A stretch of DNA of 64,000 bases, taken from contig CAKPKL010000003.1 in NCBI GenBank assembly GCA_934167485.1, forward strand, positions 7,153-71,152, in the 5' to 3' direction. Positions 19,833-29,835 of this stretch are shown piece after piece (position 1 is the first letter of the stretch; every line of letters starts with the position of its first letter). The stretch is from an uncultured Bacilli bacterium (GTDB taxonomy: Bacteria > Bacillota_I > Bacilli_A > RF39 > UBA660). The translations under genes were made by a program, and so were the position numbers. The notes under the pieces were generated by a model. The model worked only from the letters and a program-made list of their open reading frames with translations. It made no database searches and was not told where the DNA came from.

Positions 19833-21104
19833 TTAATCTTTATATTCAAATTCATAATCTAGAATACGTACAGTATCTCCTTCTTGTATTCCCATTTCCT
19901 TTAATTTGTCATCTATTCCAAGTTTTCTTAACTTTTTAGAAAATCTCATAAATGCTTCATCACTAGCAAACCATGTCATTTTTAAAATCTTTTCAATTTC
20001 ATCTCCAGTAACTACAAATGTATCTCCATCTTTATATATTTTAAATGGTTGTTCACGTTTAAATTTATATAAAACATGACTTTCAAATTTTTCTTCTTCA
20101 TATAAAGGTTGTTTCTCTATTTTGTCTAACATATCTGCTAATTTTATTAAAACTTCATCTATTCCTTTACCAGTTGCAGCACTTATTTCATATACATCTT
20201 TATTAATTTCTTTTTTAAATCTTTCTAGGTTTTCTTCTGAACCTGCTACATCCATTTTATTAGCTATTATAATTTGTGGCTTATCTAATATTTTTTTATT
20301 AAAATCTCCTAATTCTTTATTAATAATTTTATAATCTTCAACAGGATCTCTTCCTTCAAAGGCACTCATATCAATAATATGTGCGATTACTCTTGTTCTT
20401 TCAATATGTTTTAGGAACTTATCTCCTAATCCTTCTCCTAAAGATGCTCCTTTAATAAGACCTGGTAAATCTGCAACTACAAATGATCTATTATCTTTAG
20501 TTTTTACAACCCCTAAATTAGGAGTTAAAGTTGTAAAATGATATGCTGCTATTTTAGGTTTAGCTGCACTTATTTTACTAATGAAAGTACTTTTACCTAC
20601 ACTAGGCATACCAACAAGTCCTACATCTGCAAGTAATTTAAGTTCTACTTTTACTTTTTTTTCTTCTCCAGGTTCACCATTTTCACAAAATGCTGGAGCT
20701 GGATTATTTTTAGTCGCAAAAGCAATATTTCCTCTACCACCACGACCACCATAAGCAGCCACTACTCTATCTCCTTTTTTTGTTAAATCACCAATTATTA
20801 AATTAGTATCTACATCTGTTATTACCGTACCTACAGGAACTTTTATAACTAAATCGTCTGCATTTTTACCATTACATGCTTTTCCTTCTCCATGATTACC
20901 TTGTTTTGCTTTATATATTTTTTTATATCTTAAATCAATTAAAGTATTCAAACCTTCATCAGCTTCAAAAATTATATTTCCACCATGTCCACCATTTCCA
21001 CCAAATGGTCCACCCATCTCAATATATTTTTCTCTTCTAAACGCCATACAACCATTCCCACCACGGCCTGCATTTAATTCAATTATAACTTCATCTACAA
21101 ACAT
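19833..21104 (-). CDS. obg: GTPase Obg/CgtA
   Basis: Glycine-rich Obg fold N-terminus MFVDEVIIELNAGRGGNGCMAFRREKY...GGNGGHGG. G-domain GMPSVGKST and DLPGLI. 423 aa. Confidence 0.9.
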   Translation of the reverse strand: MFVDEVIIELNAGRGGNGCMAFRREKYIEMGGPFGGNGGHGGNIIFEADEGLNTLIDLRYKKIYKAKQGNHGEGKACNGKNADDLVIKVPVGTVITDVDTNLIIGDLTKKGDRVVAAYGGRGGRGNIAFATKNNPAPAFCENGEPGEEKKVKVELKLLADVGLVGMPSVGKSTFISKISAAKPKIAAYHFTTLTPNLGVVKTKDNRSFVVADLPGLIKGASLGEGLGDKFLKHIERTRVIAHIIDMSAFEGRDPVEDYKIINKELGDFNKKILDKPQIIIANKMDVAGSEENLERFKKEINKDVYEISAATGKGIDEVLIKLADMLDKIEKQPLYEEEKFESHVLYKFKREQPFKIYKDGDTFVVTGDEIEKILKMTWFASDEAFMRFSKKLRKLGIDDKLKEMGIQEGDTVRILDYEFEYKD

Positions 21105-21135
21105 AAAATCACCTCCTTAATTATACAATAAAAGA

Positions 21136-22317
21136 CTAAAAATTAATAGTCTTTTTATTTCTTTCTTTTTGATATCTTTTTTCATATATACAAATATTTT
21201 CATCGTCTTCATAATTGAAACCAAGTTTTTCTAAAAATTCTTCTTCTGAAAATATTAATTCATTATCCAAAATAACAAGATCTCCTTGCCCTAACTCATC
21301 ATCGATATCACCATTATAATTAATCGCACTACTAACAGGATCAATTTGATTATCAAAATATACTTTATTAGATTTTTCTAATCTTCCTATATTTGATGGA
21401 TAACAGTCTATCCAAACAAGGCCTTCATCTCTTAATTCTTTATAAACTTGATAGGCATCCTCATAAGTAATATTACCAGTTTCTACTTTTTCAGTTATTT
21501 CAATATAAAATAAAGTACCAGCAAATACACTATTAACTTTCTCTCTCAATAAAGGGCGTAAAAATCTTTTATTATTCTTAATTTTAAAACCCAGTCTACC
21601 TCTCCCTAATTTTAAAATCTTATTACCAATTTGATAAACTCGAGAACTTCCTCCTTCCCCTATTAACCTTATATCAGAGCAATTAACATTTTCATATTTT
21701 AAAACCTCTTTTATTATTTCATTAAAATATGGCATTATTTTTTCTTCTTCTATTCTTTTTGTATTAATATTTAAACTAGATTTTAATATATTTCTCAAAT
21801 AAATATATTGGTGCTTATCTATATATTCAGTTAATTTATTATAAACTTCATCATTCTTTTTAAATAAATCTATATAACTTATAAGTTCATCAAAGTTTAA
21901 AACAATATAATCGATATTATTATATATATCTAAAAAATTTTCATTACAACAAGCATCATATATTAAATAGTTTAATACATTAATAGAACTTTTATTTTTA
22001 AAACATGCCTTTAAATATTCATTTAAATCTATATTATTTTTCTTTAAAAAAGATAAAATATTTACGCATAAAATCTTACTAAACCCTAAATTTACTAATT
22101 TAATAAAATTTTTTGGATTAATAAAATTTATATCAATTTTTAATAGTTTTTTTATAATATAATTTAATGTTATGTTTTTATAATTTTTTACAATAATATC
22201 TATATTCTTCCAAAACAAATTATTTTCTATAACAAAAGCACAATTATAATCGTTTTGAAAATAATTTAGAAAAACTTCATTACTTTTAGATTCTAGTGCT
22301 TTATTAAACTCATCCAT
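21136..22317 (-). CDS. hypothetical protein with possible atypical protein-kinase-like C-terminal domain
   Basis: IRLIGEGGSSRVYQIGNKILKLGRG (Gly-rich loop plus Lys), LVWIDCYPSNIG (catalytic-loop-like D....N), GQGDLVILDNE (DFG-like). Weak. Confidence 0.35.
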   Translation of the reverse strand: MDEFNKALESKSNEVFLNYFQNDYNCAFVIENNLFWKNIDIIVKNYKNITLNYIIKKLLKIDINFINPKNFIKLVNLGFSKILCVNILSFLKKNNIDLNEYLKACFKNKSSINVLNYLIYDACCNENFLDIYNNIDYIVLNFDELISYIDLFKKNDEVYNKLTEYIDKHQYIYLRNILKSSLNINTKRIEEEKIMPYFNEIIKEVLKYENVNCSDIRLIGEGGSSRVYQIGNKILKLGRGRLGFKIKNNKRFLRPLLREKVNSVFAGTLFYIEITEKVETGNITYEDAYQVYKELRDEGLVWIDCYPSNIGRLEKSNKVYFDNQIDPVSSAINYNGDIDDELGQGDLVILDNELIFSEEEFLEKLGFNYEDDENICIYEKRYQKERNKKTINF

Positions 22318-22463
22318 AAAATCCCCTAAATAATTATACTATATTTTAAAAGAAAATTATATCTTTTTTATACTATTTATAAATTTCATATAATTACTTT
22401 ATATTGTTTTAAAAAAAATTTCTATGATACATCATAGAAATTTAATAATTTTGTTTCTAATAT

Positions 22464-23531
22464 TTATTTTAATTTAGATTTTAAGACAGTTATAACAGGG
22501 CGAACGCCATTGTTGAACGCAAGATCACCTTCACCATCTTCATTGTCAACATTGCCATAATTTAAAACACCATAGTAGCTCACAGCCCAAGCAAGATTAT
22601 AATTGCCAGAATATGCTGTTCCTGTCCAATACCCTTCTATATTAGAATCCGACACGTTGCATCCATAACTTGTACAATTATGTGTATTATCAAATAACCA
22701 TGCATATTTATTTGTCCCAGCATCTCCTTCATATTCTGATTCTGAATTCGTATGTAATATATAGTATTGACCACCAGCATTCCATGTTGTGTTTTCAGTA
22801 ATTTTTGCTATTTCACTTGCTTCTATTAATCTTGGACTTAAACTTGCATCCCATGTACTTGTATCACTTTTTAGTTGTGCGATTACTGTTAATGGACCTT
22901 TGTTATTATTTCCAACGTCACCATAATCACTTTCTGTTCCTCCTGCTGCTATATAGTCATCTTGTAATACCCATGCCACCTTTGTTGTAGTATTATGATC
23001 TAGGATTAGATTTACTTTATCTCCACCATCATCATTGAAAGTATAAAACTTCATACATCCATCTTTAACACCTGTAATACTTTGAGATTCTGTATAATTA
23101 TCACAAGTCTTACCTGTTGTTACATCAAAATATACTACTCTTCCATTATAATATATTATATTGCCATATGTATAATCTACATCCTTGTCACTTACACTAC
23201 AATTTTCTAAATAAATATGCCCTTTATTTGATATTACTACATCACATATCGTTTTAGCTCCATCATAATCTACCTTTATTGTTGTTTCTCCTTGAGTTAA
23301 TATTTTACCATCAGTAGTCGTGTATTTTCCACTTGGTACAGTATTTCCGTTTAGTTGTGCTTTTGCTACTGAGTTTTCTACTGCATCTGCATATAATTCT
23401 ATACTTCTTTTTATACTAGAATTCTTACTATCTTCTATTATATCTAGTACTATTGGTGTAGCTATTAGGGCAATTATAGCTAATATTACTATTACTGCTA
23501 ATAACTCTATTAATGTGAAACCTTTCTTCAT
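22464..23531 (-). CDS. type IV pilin-like protein (large paralog, 355 aa)
   Basis: MKKGFTLIELLAVIVILAIIALIATPIVLDII. C-terminal block CMKFYTFNDDGGDKVNLILDHNTT...GVRPVITVLKSKLK shared with 28221..29600. Confidence 0.75.
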   Translation of the reverse strand: MKKGFTLIELLAVIVILAIIALIATPIVLDIIEDSKNSSIKRSIELYADAVENSVAKAQLNGNTVPSGKYTTTDGKILTQGETTIKVDYDGAKTICDVVISNKGHIYLENCSVSDKDVDYTYGNIIYYNGRVVYFDVTTGKTCDNYTESQSITGVKDGCMKFYTFNDDGGDKVNLILDHNTTTKVAWVLQDDYIAAGGTESDYGDVGNNNKGPLTVIAQLKSDTSTWDASLSPRLIEASEIAKITENTTWNAGGQYYILHTNSESEYEGDAGTNKYAWLFDNTHNCTSYGCNVSDSNIEGYWTGTAYSGNYNLAWAVSYYGVLNYGNVDNEDGEGDLAFNNGVRPVITVLKSKLK

Positions 23532-23553
23532 GTTATCCTCCTATTCTAAATAA

Positions 23554-23582
23554 ATTATACTAAAAAAATATAGATTAATCAA
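23554..23582 (-). promoter_or_regulatory. sigma-A-type promoter TTGATT-17-TATAAT (repeat-element copy B)
   Basis: Minus strand ttgattaatctatatttttttagtataat, followed by aggaggataacATG of the pilin-like gene. Confidence 0.6.
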
Positions 23583-23601
23583 TAACCTATATTTTTTATT
23601 A

Positions 23602-25653
23602 TTAATATCTTGTTCTATCTTTTATAATGTTTTTACTACTTAAATAAGTAAGAATAAAATATCCGCCATATATAAATACCAAAAATAAAGCTGTCATAAT
23701 AATTGAAGGTAATAATTTATCATTTCCAAATGTTTCTAATATAAATGTACAAAACTTTATACCAAATATCGAATGAATTATAGCAATTATTAATGGGAAT
23801 AAAAAGAATATTCCTATTTGTCTAAATAGTGCTTTATTAATCAATTTCTCATCAGCACCTAATTTTCTTAAACAAATAAATCTTTCTTTATTATCAGCTT
23901 GTTCTGATAGTTCTTTAAGCGCTAAAAGGGCTGCACTTGAAATTAAAAATATTATTCCTAAATAAAGTCCTATAAATGTAACGAGTGCTCCAAGTCCAAC
24001 TGAAGAATTTTTTATATCTATTTTAGTATTATAAGAAAGATATGTATCAACATTATAATGTTGATCAATTATATTTCCTAGTTTTTCATCATAATCATCC
24101 TTATTACCAGGCTTATAATTAGCAAGCATAACACTTGATTTTAAAGCACTTTCATCTACTACTTTATCTGGTACTATAATTATTCCAATATTAGTATGAT
24201 TTGCTCCTATATCTACAAAACCATCTTTACAAGTATCATATTTAGGATATAAATAACTATCAAATATTTTTATTTTTTCTTTTAATTTAAGTGCTTTATT
24301 TCTAATTTCATTTATAGAATCATAATCTGAAATTATTATATATTCATTATCTTTTAATGTATATGTATCCTTATTATAGTATTTAGCAACCTTATTATAA
24401 TCACTTAATTTCATAATTATTTCAGGGTTATCAAGTTTCATATACTTATATTCTTTGCTTATTTCATCTCGAATACTACCTAAAGTATTTGCCATAGTAA
24501 GATTATCATCTACAAATCTATTAACTGTTATACTATCTTTAAAATAATCATTTTCATTTATATTTAAATTTTTTAATGTCTCTTCTATTGATACATATGA
24601 ATCATCTATTATCTCTTTAGCAATTTCATTATCATAACCTAAATTTCTTGATTTTATAATTTCTATATCAACAGGAGCTAAAGAATTAAGATTTGCAGTC
24701 ATTGAATTTTTTAAACTTAATGATGAAGATAATACGCATATAGTTATAAATAACATAATAGATATTATTGTCATTGAAAATACTGTTGTATTTACTTTAC
24801 TACTTATTTGTCTTAAAGTAAAACAGTTTAAATCTTTATAATATATATTCTTAATTGACATAGTTATTTTTAATATTAAACCAGACAATGACCAAAATAT
24901 AAAGAAAGTAGAGATTAAACCAAGTGTTATTGGTATAAATATCATATTAAAGTTTGTTAATTTTTCTACTCCACCTGTAACTAAATAATAAGCATATCCA
25001 AGCATACATGATGATATTATAAAGATAATAATACAAAGTATCGGATTTTTTATTTTAACTTTCTCAGATTTTTTATTTGAATATATTAAATCTATTAATT
25101 TACATTTACTAACACTTATAGTATTAAATAAAATAACTAATAAATACATTATACCAAAATATATCAAAGATTTAATACAAGCACTCCTAGAGAATACAAA
25201 TTTAAATCTAGTCATATCTGCTTCAAATAAGCTTGCTACTAATATACTCATAAATTGTGATAAAAATATACCTAAAGCTAAGCCAACAACAAGAGATACA
25301 ATACCAATTAAAAGTGTTTCTATAAATAATATTAATGATATTTTTCTTTTGCTCATACCAAGAGTTAAATAAACACCAAATTCCTTATTTCTTCTTTTCA
25401 TTAAAAATCTGGATGCATATATTATTAAAAATCCTAGTATAAATGAAACAAAGACACTTACGCCAGATAAAAGATTAGTCATAAGATCTATTATTTCATA
25501 TGTTCTCTTAGTTACATTCAACATAACAGTTTGAGAATCTATTGAATTAAAAACATAAAATATTGCTACGCCAAGAACTAATGTAAAAAAGTATATAGCA
25601 TAATCTTTTATACTCTTTTTAATATTTTTTAATGAAATCTTAAAGAGCATCAT
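23602..25653 (-). CDS. ABC transporter permease, FtsX-like (BceB-type, 10 TM with large extracellular domain)
   Basis: 683 aa. N- and C-terminal TM bundles with a central extracellular domain. Directly downstream of the ATPase. Confidence 0.7.
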   Translation of the reverse strand: MMLFKISLKNIKKSIKDYAIYFFTLVLGVAIFYVFNSIDSQTVMLNVTKRTYEIIDLMTNLLSGVSVFVSFILGFLIIYASRFLMKRRNKEFGVYLTLGMSKRKISLILFIETLLIGIVSLVVGLALGIFLSQFMSILVASLFEADMTRFKFVFSRSACIKSLIYFGIMYLLVILFNTISVSKCKLIDLIYSNKKSEKVKIKNPILCIIIFIISSCMLGYAYYLVTGGVEKLTNFNMIFIPITLGLISTFFIFWSLSGLILKITMSIKNIYYKDLNCFTLRQISSKVNTTVFSMTIISIMLFITICVLSSSLSLKNSMTANLNSLAPVDIEIIKSRNLGYDNEIAKEIIDDSYVSIEETLKNLNINENDYFKDSITVNRFVDDNLTMANTLGSIRDEISKEYKYMKLDNPEIIMKLSDYNKVAKYYNKDTYTLKDNEYIIISDYDSINEIRNKALKLKEKIKIFDSYLYPKYDTCKDGFVDIGANHTNIGIIIVPDKVVDESALKSSVMLANYKPGNKDDYDEKLGNIIDQHYNVDTYLSYNTKIDIKNSSVGLGALVTFIGLYLGIIFLISSAALLALKELSEQADNKERFICLRKLGADEKLINKALFRQIGIFFLFPLIIAIIHSIFGIKFCTFILETFGNDKLLPSIIMTALFLVFIYGGYFILTYLSSKNIIKDRTRY

Positions 25654-26407
25654 TTAAATCCCCTCCAAGCATTGTTACAACATCAATTATTTCATTAAAA
25701 AATTCTTTTCTTGTTTTATCGCCTTTTCTAATTTCATTAAATATTTTTCCATCTTTAATGAATATAACTCTAGAAGCATAACTTGCAGTAAATGCATCAT
25801 GTGTTACCATAAGTATAGTTGTTGAAAGAGATTCATTTAAATAATTAAACCTTTCAAGTAACATCTTTGAGGATTTAGAATCAAGAGCTCCAGTTGGTTC
25901 ATCTGCAAGTACAAGTTTTGGTTCTGTTATAATTGCACGTGCACTTGCAACTCTTTGTTTTTGTCCTCCACTCATTTGATATGGATATTTGTTTAGAATA
26001 TCACCTATATTTAATTCCTTAGATACTTTTTTTATTTTCTCATCTATTTCTTTAGATTTAACATTTTGTATCGATAAAGCTAAAGAAATATTTTCATATG
26101 CAGTTAAAGTATCAAGTAAATTAAAATCTTGAAATATAAATCCTAATTCTTCTCTTCTAAATTTATTTAAAGCATTTCCTTTTAATTTAGTAATATCTTC
26201 ACCTGCTACATAAATATGTCCTCCAGTTACCCTATCTATTGTAGATATACAATTAAGAAGTGTAGTTTTACCACTACCACTCGCACCCATAATAGCGACA
26301 AATTCTCCTTTTTCTACCTCAAAAGAAATATTATTTATAGCTTTTGTTAAGCTAGATTTGTTTCCATAATATTTTTCTATTTTTTCTATTTTTAAAACAT
26401 TTTCCAT
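25640..26407 (-). CDS. ABC transporter ATP-binding protein (BceA-type)
   Basis: [12 protein letters not shown] Walker [16 protein letters not shown] signature, [12 protein letters not shown] Walker B. Confidence 0.85.
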   Translation of the reverse strand: MENVLKIEKIEKYYGNKSSLTKAINNISFEVEKGEFVAIMGASGSGKTTLLNCISTIDRVTGGHIYVAGEDITKLKGNALNKFRREELGFIFQDFNLLDTLTAYENISLALSIQNVKSKEIDEKIKKVSKELNIGDILNKYPYQMSGGQKQRVASARAIITEPKLVLADEPTGALDSKSSKMLLERFNYLNESLSTTILMVTHDAFTASYASRVIFIKDGKIFNEIRKGDKTRKEFFNEIIDVVTMLGGDLNDAL

Positions 26408-26494
26408 AAAATCTTCCTTTCATAATTAAATTTTATTATAAAAAAGAATATTTGTCGTAAGTTTAATATTACTAAATATTACAATTTTGTAATA

Positions 26495-27502
26495 TTAGAT
26501 TTTATAAAAATCATTTTTACCAAATATAATATTTATATTTGTATATTTACCTTTAATTGAATCTATTTCTATTTTATGCCCCAATTTATCACATAATTTT
26601 TTTGTAATGTATAATCCCATACCGGTTGATTTAGTAGAACCCCTACCATTATTCCCAGTAAATGATTTATTAAATACTTTAGGTAAATCGCTTTTCTGTA
26701 TACCTATTCCATTATCCCATATAGATAAAACCGCTTTATTATTTAAACTAGTCCCAGTTATTCTTATTATAGAATTATCCTGCTTCTTATATTTAATACA
26801 ATTATTAATTATTTGATTTATTATAAACTCTAACCATTTTGAATCAGTATATACTTCTATATTTTTTATATTAATATCAAGTTCTATATTATTTTCTAAT
26901 ATATCATCTTTATTATTTAATAAAACATTACTAACTATCTTATCTAAATTAACTTTCTTTATTAAAAAATCTTCTTCAGTATAATTACTTCTAACATAAT
27001 AAAGTACTTGATCTATATAATTATTTAATTTTTTTATTTGTTTTAAAAATTTCTTATCTATATTAGAATTATTATGACACATTAATACTAAACTAGATAT
27101 TGGAATCTTTACTTCATGAATCCACATTTCTACGTATTCTTTAAAATCATTTATATTAGAACTATAATCATTTACTTCTTCAAGCATAGATTTATTTATA
27201 TCATACAAACTATTATAAAGTATATTACCTTCATAAAATTCTGGTTTATTTAAAGTTTCTAAAATTAAATATTTCTTATCTAATTTATTTAAATTATTTA
27301 TAAATTCATCATAGAACTTTTTCTTTCTATAATAATTTATAAGTATTATTGATATAAAAGACATAATTATAATAAATGAAACAGAAATTATTAAAGATAT
27401 GCTTGTTTTAAATACTAATAACATCAATAATACTATTAAATAACTTATTATAAATATTATGATAGAATATACTAAATCTTTTAAATATTTTATTAATTTC
27501 AT
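26495..27502 (-). CDS. sensor histidine kinase (BceS-like, intramembrane-sensing)
   Basis: Two N-terminal TM segments with almost no extracellular loop. H-box WIHEVKIPISS. ATPase G-boxes DNGIGI...GMGLYI. Confidence 0.75.
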   Translation of the reverse strand: MKLIKYLKDLVYSIIIFIISYLIVLLMLLVFKTSISLIISVSFIIIMSFISIILINYYRKKKFYDEFINNLNKLDKKYLILETLNKPEFYEGNILYNSLYDINKSMLEEVNDYSSNINDFKEYVEMWIHEVKIPISSLVLMCHNNSNIDKKFLKQIKKLNNYIDQVLYYVRSNYTEEDFLIKKVNLDKIVSNVLLNNKDDILENNIELDINIKNIEVYTDSKWLEFIINQIINNCIKYKKQDNSIIRITGTSLNNKAVLSIWDNGIGIQKSDLPKVFNKSFTGNNGRGSTKSTGMGLYITKKLCDKLGHKIEIDSIKGKYTNINIIFGKNDFYKI

Positions 27503-28161
27503 AATAATATATACCCTTGCCCTTTTCTTGTTTCAATTGAATTATCATAACCTAAACTAGCTAACTTACTTCTCAATCTACTTATATTTACAGTTAAAGC
27601 ATTATCATTAATGTATTCTTCATTATTCCAAAGATTTGTCATAAGTTCATCACGAGTTACTATTCTATTTTTATTAGATAATAAATAATTAAATATAATC
27701 ATTTCATTTTTAGTAAGTTCTACAGTTTCTCCATTCAAACTAAGATTTCCCCTACCTATATCAACATCTATATCATGATATTTTAAAATATCTATAGTGT
27801 GTTCTAATCGTTTAAATAAGTTTTGTATTCTAAGTAATAATATTGTTGGGTTATATGGTTTAGTTATATAATCGTCAGCTCCATATGACATAGATAATAC
27901 CTCATCTGTTTCACTTACTCTACTTGTAAGCATAATAACAGGTACATTAGACTCTTTTCTAATACTTTTTAATAAAGACTGTCCATTAATACTTGGTATA
28001 TTTATATCTAACAAAACTAAATCTGAATTACTTTTTAGTATCTCTTCTTTAGCATTATTAAATTTTTTTAATACGATTGCATTATATCCATCATTTATTA
28101 ATAAATTTTTTAGTTCGCTTGCTATCATTTCTTCATCTTCTACTATTATTATTTTCTTCAT
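27499..28161 (-). CDS. OmpR-family response regulator (BceR-like)
   Basis: Receiver domain (VLLDINIPSINGQ). C-terminal winged helix (LTKNEMIIFNYLLSNKNRIVTRDELM...RLRSKL). Confidence 0.85.
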   Translation of the reverse strand: MKKIIIVEDEEMIASELKNLLINDGYNAIVLKKFNNAKEEILKSNSDLVLLDINIPSINGQSLLKSIRKESNVPVIMLTSRVSETDEVLSMSYGADDYITKPYNPTILLLRIQNLFKRLEHTIDILKYHDIDVDIGRGNLSLNGETVELTKNEMIIFNYLLSNKNRIVTRDELMTNLWNNEEYINDNALTVNISRLRSKLASLGYDNSIETRKGQGYILL

Positions 28162-28220
28162 GATTCACCTCTTCTTTTATTATACATTAAATATTAAAAA
28201 AAGCACAATTAAATGTACTT

Positions 28221-29600
28221 TTAATTTAATTTGGATTTTAAAACCTCTATTACTGGACGTACTCCATGATAGTCCGAATCATCAACGGTAAAGCGGTTAT
28301 CGATCAAACCACTTAAATCTACATACCATGCATAGTTAATATCTCCAGCACTAGAAGACACACTCCAATAACCATGCATATATGATGTTGTTGTTGAATC
28401 AGCATTATTTAAACATCCATAGTCTGTACATGATATATGTGTTCTATCATATAACCATCCATATTGACATCCTGTAGTATTTCTTCCCTCTGTGCATGTA
28501 GAACTTTCTGTTGTTGTTTTACTATCAAAATAATAAAAATCTGTTGCAGTTGTCTCATCCCACTCTGTGTTTCCTGTTATTTTCGCTATTTCATTTGCTG
28601 TTATTATTCTGGCTTTATAATTATTATAATCTACTGTATAATCAGTATTTGTGTAATTTGATGGAGTCTCTGTTCCTTGCCATAAATATGTATCTGTTTT
28701 AAGTTGTGTTAATACTTCATTTGGTCCTGATGTGTTCCGTCCACTTGAGTTCCATGCAATAAGTGCTGTAGTATTATGATCTAAGATAAGATTTACTTTA
28801 TCTCCCCCATCATCATTAAATGCATAAAATTTCATACATCCACTATTTACTCCTGTATTACTTTGTGTTTCTGTATAATTTGAACACTTAGTTCCTGTAT
28901 CCACATTAAAGTATACAACCTCCCCATTTTTAAATGTTTTTATTTCTACACCATTTATTGTTATTATTACTTTGTCAGTTGCTTTTGACAATATCAACGT
29001 TCCTGTTGTTTTATCCCAGGTATATTGTGCCCCTATTACTGTTATATTATCAGGTAAATTATATCCTTCTGGTGCTTTAAAAATTAATGTTTTTGTCTCT
29101 ATATTTTTTATTTGTACTTCATTCTTACTATCACTATTTATATTTGTTAGTTTAAATTCTATATCATACAGTTTTATTTTAGACAACAAATATTCATTTT
29201 TATCTTCATCATACTTAATATAATATCCAGACATTATTAGTGTAGTATCTCCTATTACTGTTCCATCTGTTATAAATATTATTCCACTTGTTGGTTTATT
29301 ACCTTTTACATCTATCTTTATTTCTGTTTCACTACATTTATTATCTACCAATTCGTTTGAGCATATATTCCCATTATTCATGATATAATACTTTCCATTT
29401 TTTATTACTTTACCATTTAAATCTTCTAATGATATTGCTTGTTCTACTCCATTTAAATAATTTTTTACACTTATTTTTATACTTGCTTCTTTACTATTAT
29501 CTATTATATCTAGTACTATTGGTGTTGCGATTAGGGCGATTATCGCTAGTATTACGATTACTGCTAGTAATTCTATTAAAGTAAAACCTTTTCTTTTCAT
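28221..29600 (-). CDS. type IV pilin-like protein (large paralog, 459 aa)
   Basis: MKRKGFTLIELLAVIVILAIIALIATPIVLDII. C-terminal CMKFYAFNDDGGDKVNLILDHNTTA...GVRPVIEVLKSKLN. Confidence 0.75.
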   Translation of the reverse strand: MKRKGFTLIELLAVIVILAIIALIATPIVLDIIDNSKEASIKISVKNYLNGVEQAISLEDLNGKVIKNGKYYIMNNGNICSNELVDNKCSETEIKIDVKGNKPTSGIIFITDGTVIGDTTLIMSGYYIKYDEDKNEYLLSKIKLYDIEFKLTNINSDSKNEVQIKNIETKTLIFKAPEGYNLPDNITVIGAQYTWDKTTGTLILSKATDKVIITINGVEIKTFKNGEVVYFNVDTGTKCSNYTETQSNTGVNSGCMKFYAFNDDGGDKVNLILDHNTTALIAWNSSGRNTSGPNEVLTQLKTDTYLWQGTETPSNYTNTDYTVDYNNYKARIITANEIAKITGNTEWDETTATDFYYFDSKTTTESSTCTEGRNTTGCQYGWLYDRTHISCTDYGCLNNADSTTTSYMHGYWSVSSSAGDINYAWYVDLSGLIDNRFTVDDSDYHGVRPVIEVLKSKLN

Positions 29601-29643
29601 ATTATCCTCCTTCTTTATTTTACTTTTGTAAAGATACCAAAAA

Positions 29644-29688
29644 ACACAAAGAAACCTAGAGTTTTATTCTCTAGATCTTTGTGTTTAT
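29644..29688 (-). terminator. intrinsic terminator / attenuator hairpin inside the 5' leader of pilin-like gene 28221..29600
   Basis: Minus strand cacaaagatctagag-aataaaa-ctctaggtttctttgtg then ttttt. It lies between the poly-G upstream ORF and the pilin RBS. Confidence 0.5.
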
Positions 29689-29720
29689 GTATTCTAATAG
29701 TATTATAGTATAATTAGATA

Positions 29721-29730
29721 CCCCCCCCCC
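29721..29730 (-). repeat. homopolymeric poly-G tract (10 nt) inside an upstream ORF (start 29770) ahead of the pilin-like gene
   Basis: C10 on +. Flank aaaaataatgcct[G10]tatcta. Upstream ORF begins atgaagatatcattaagaaaaaacaataaaaataatgcctgg (MKISLRKNNKNNAWGGG). Confidence 0.8.
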
Positions 29731-29796
29731 AGGCATTATTTTTATTGTTTTTTCTTAATGATATCTTCATATACTACCACTACCTTTACTATATTT

Positions 29797-29825
29797 AGTA
29801 TATATTTTTATACACTATTTGTCAA
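29797..29825 (-). promoter_or_regulatory. consensus promoter TTGACA-17-TATACT for the poly-G leader and pilin transcript
   Basis: Minus strand ttgacaaatagtgtataaaaatatatact, then RBS aaaGGtaGtGG and upstream-ORF ATG at 29770. Confidence 0.55.
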
Positions 29826-29835
29826 TATTTATATT

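Noticed and set aside
29700-29770. Treating the short poly-G ORFs as stand-alone peptide genes
   Set aside because: The conserved KNN[AT]W-G(n) context is DNA-level and shared with in-frame fusions at the other loci. More parsimonious as leader or regulatory ORFs than functional peptides.
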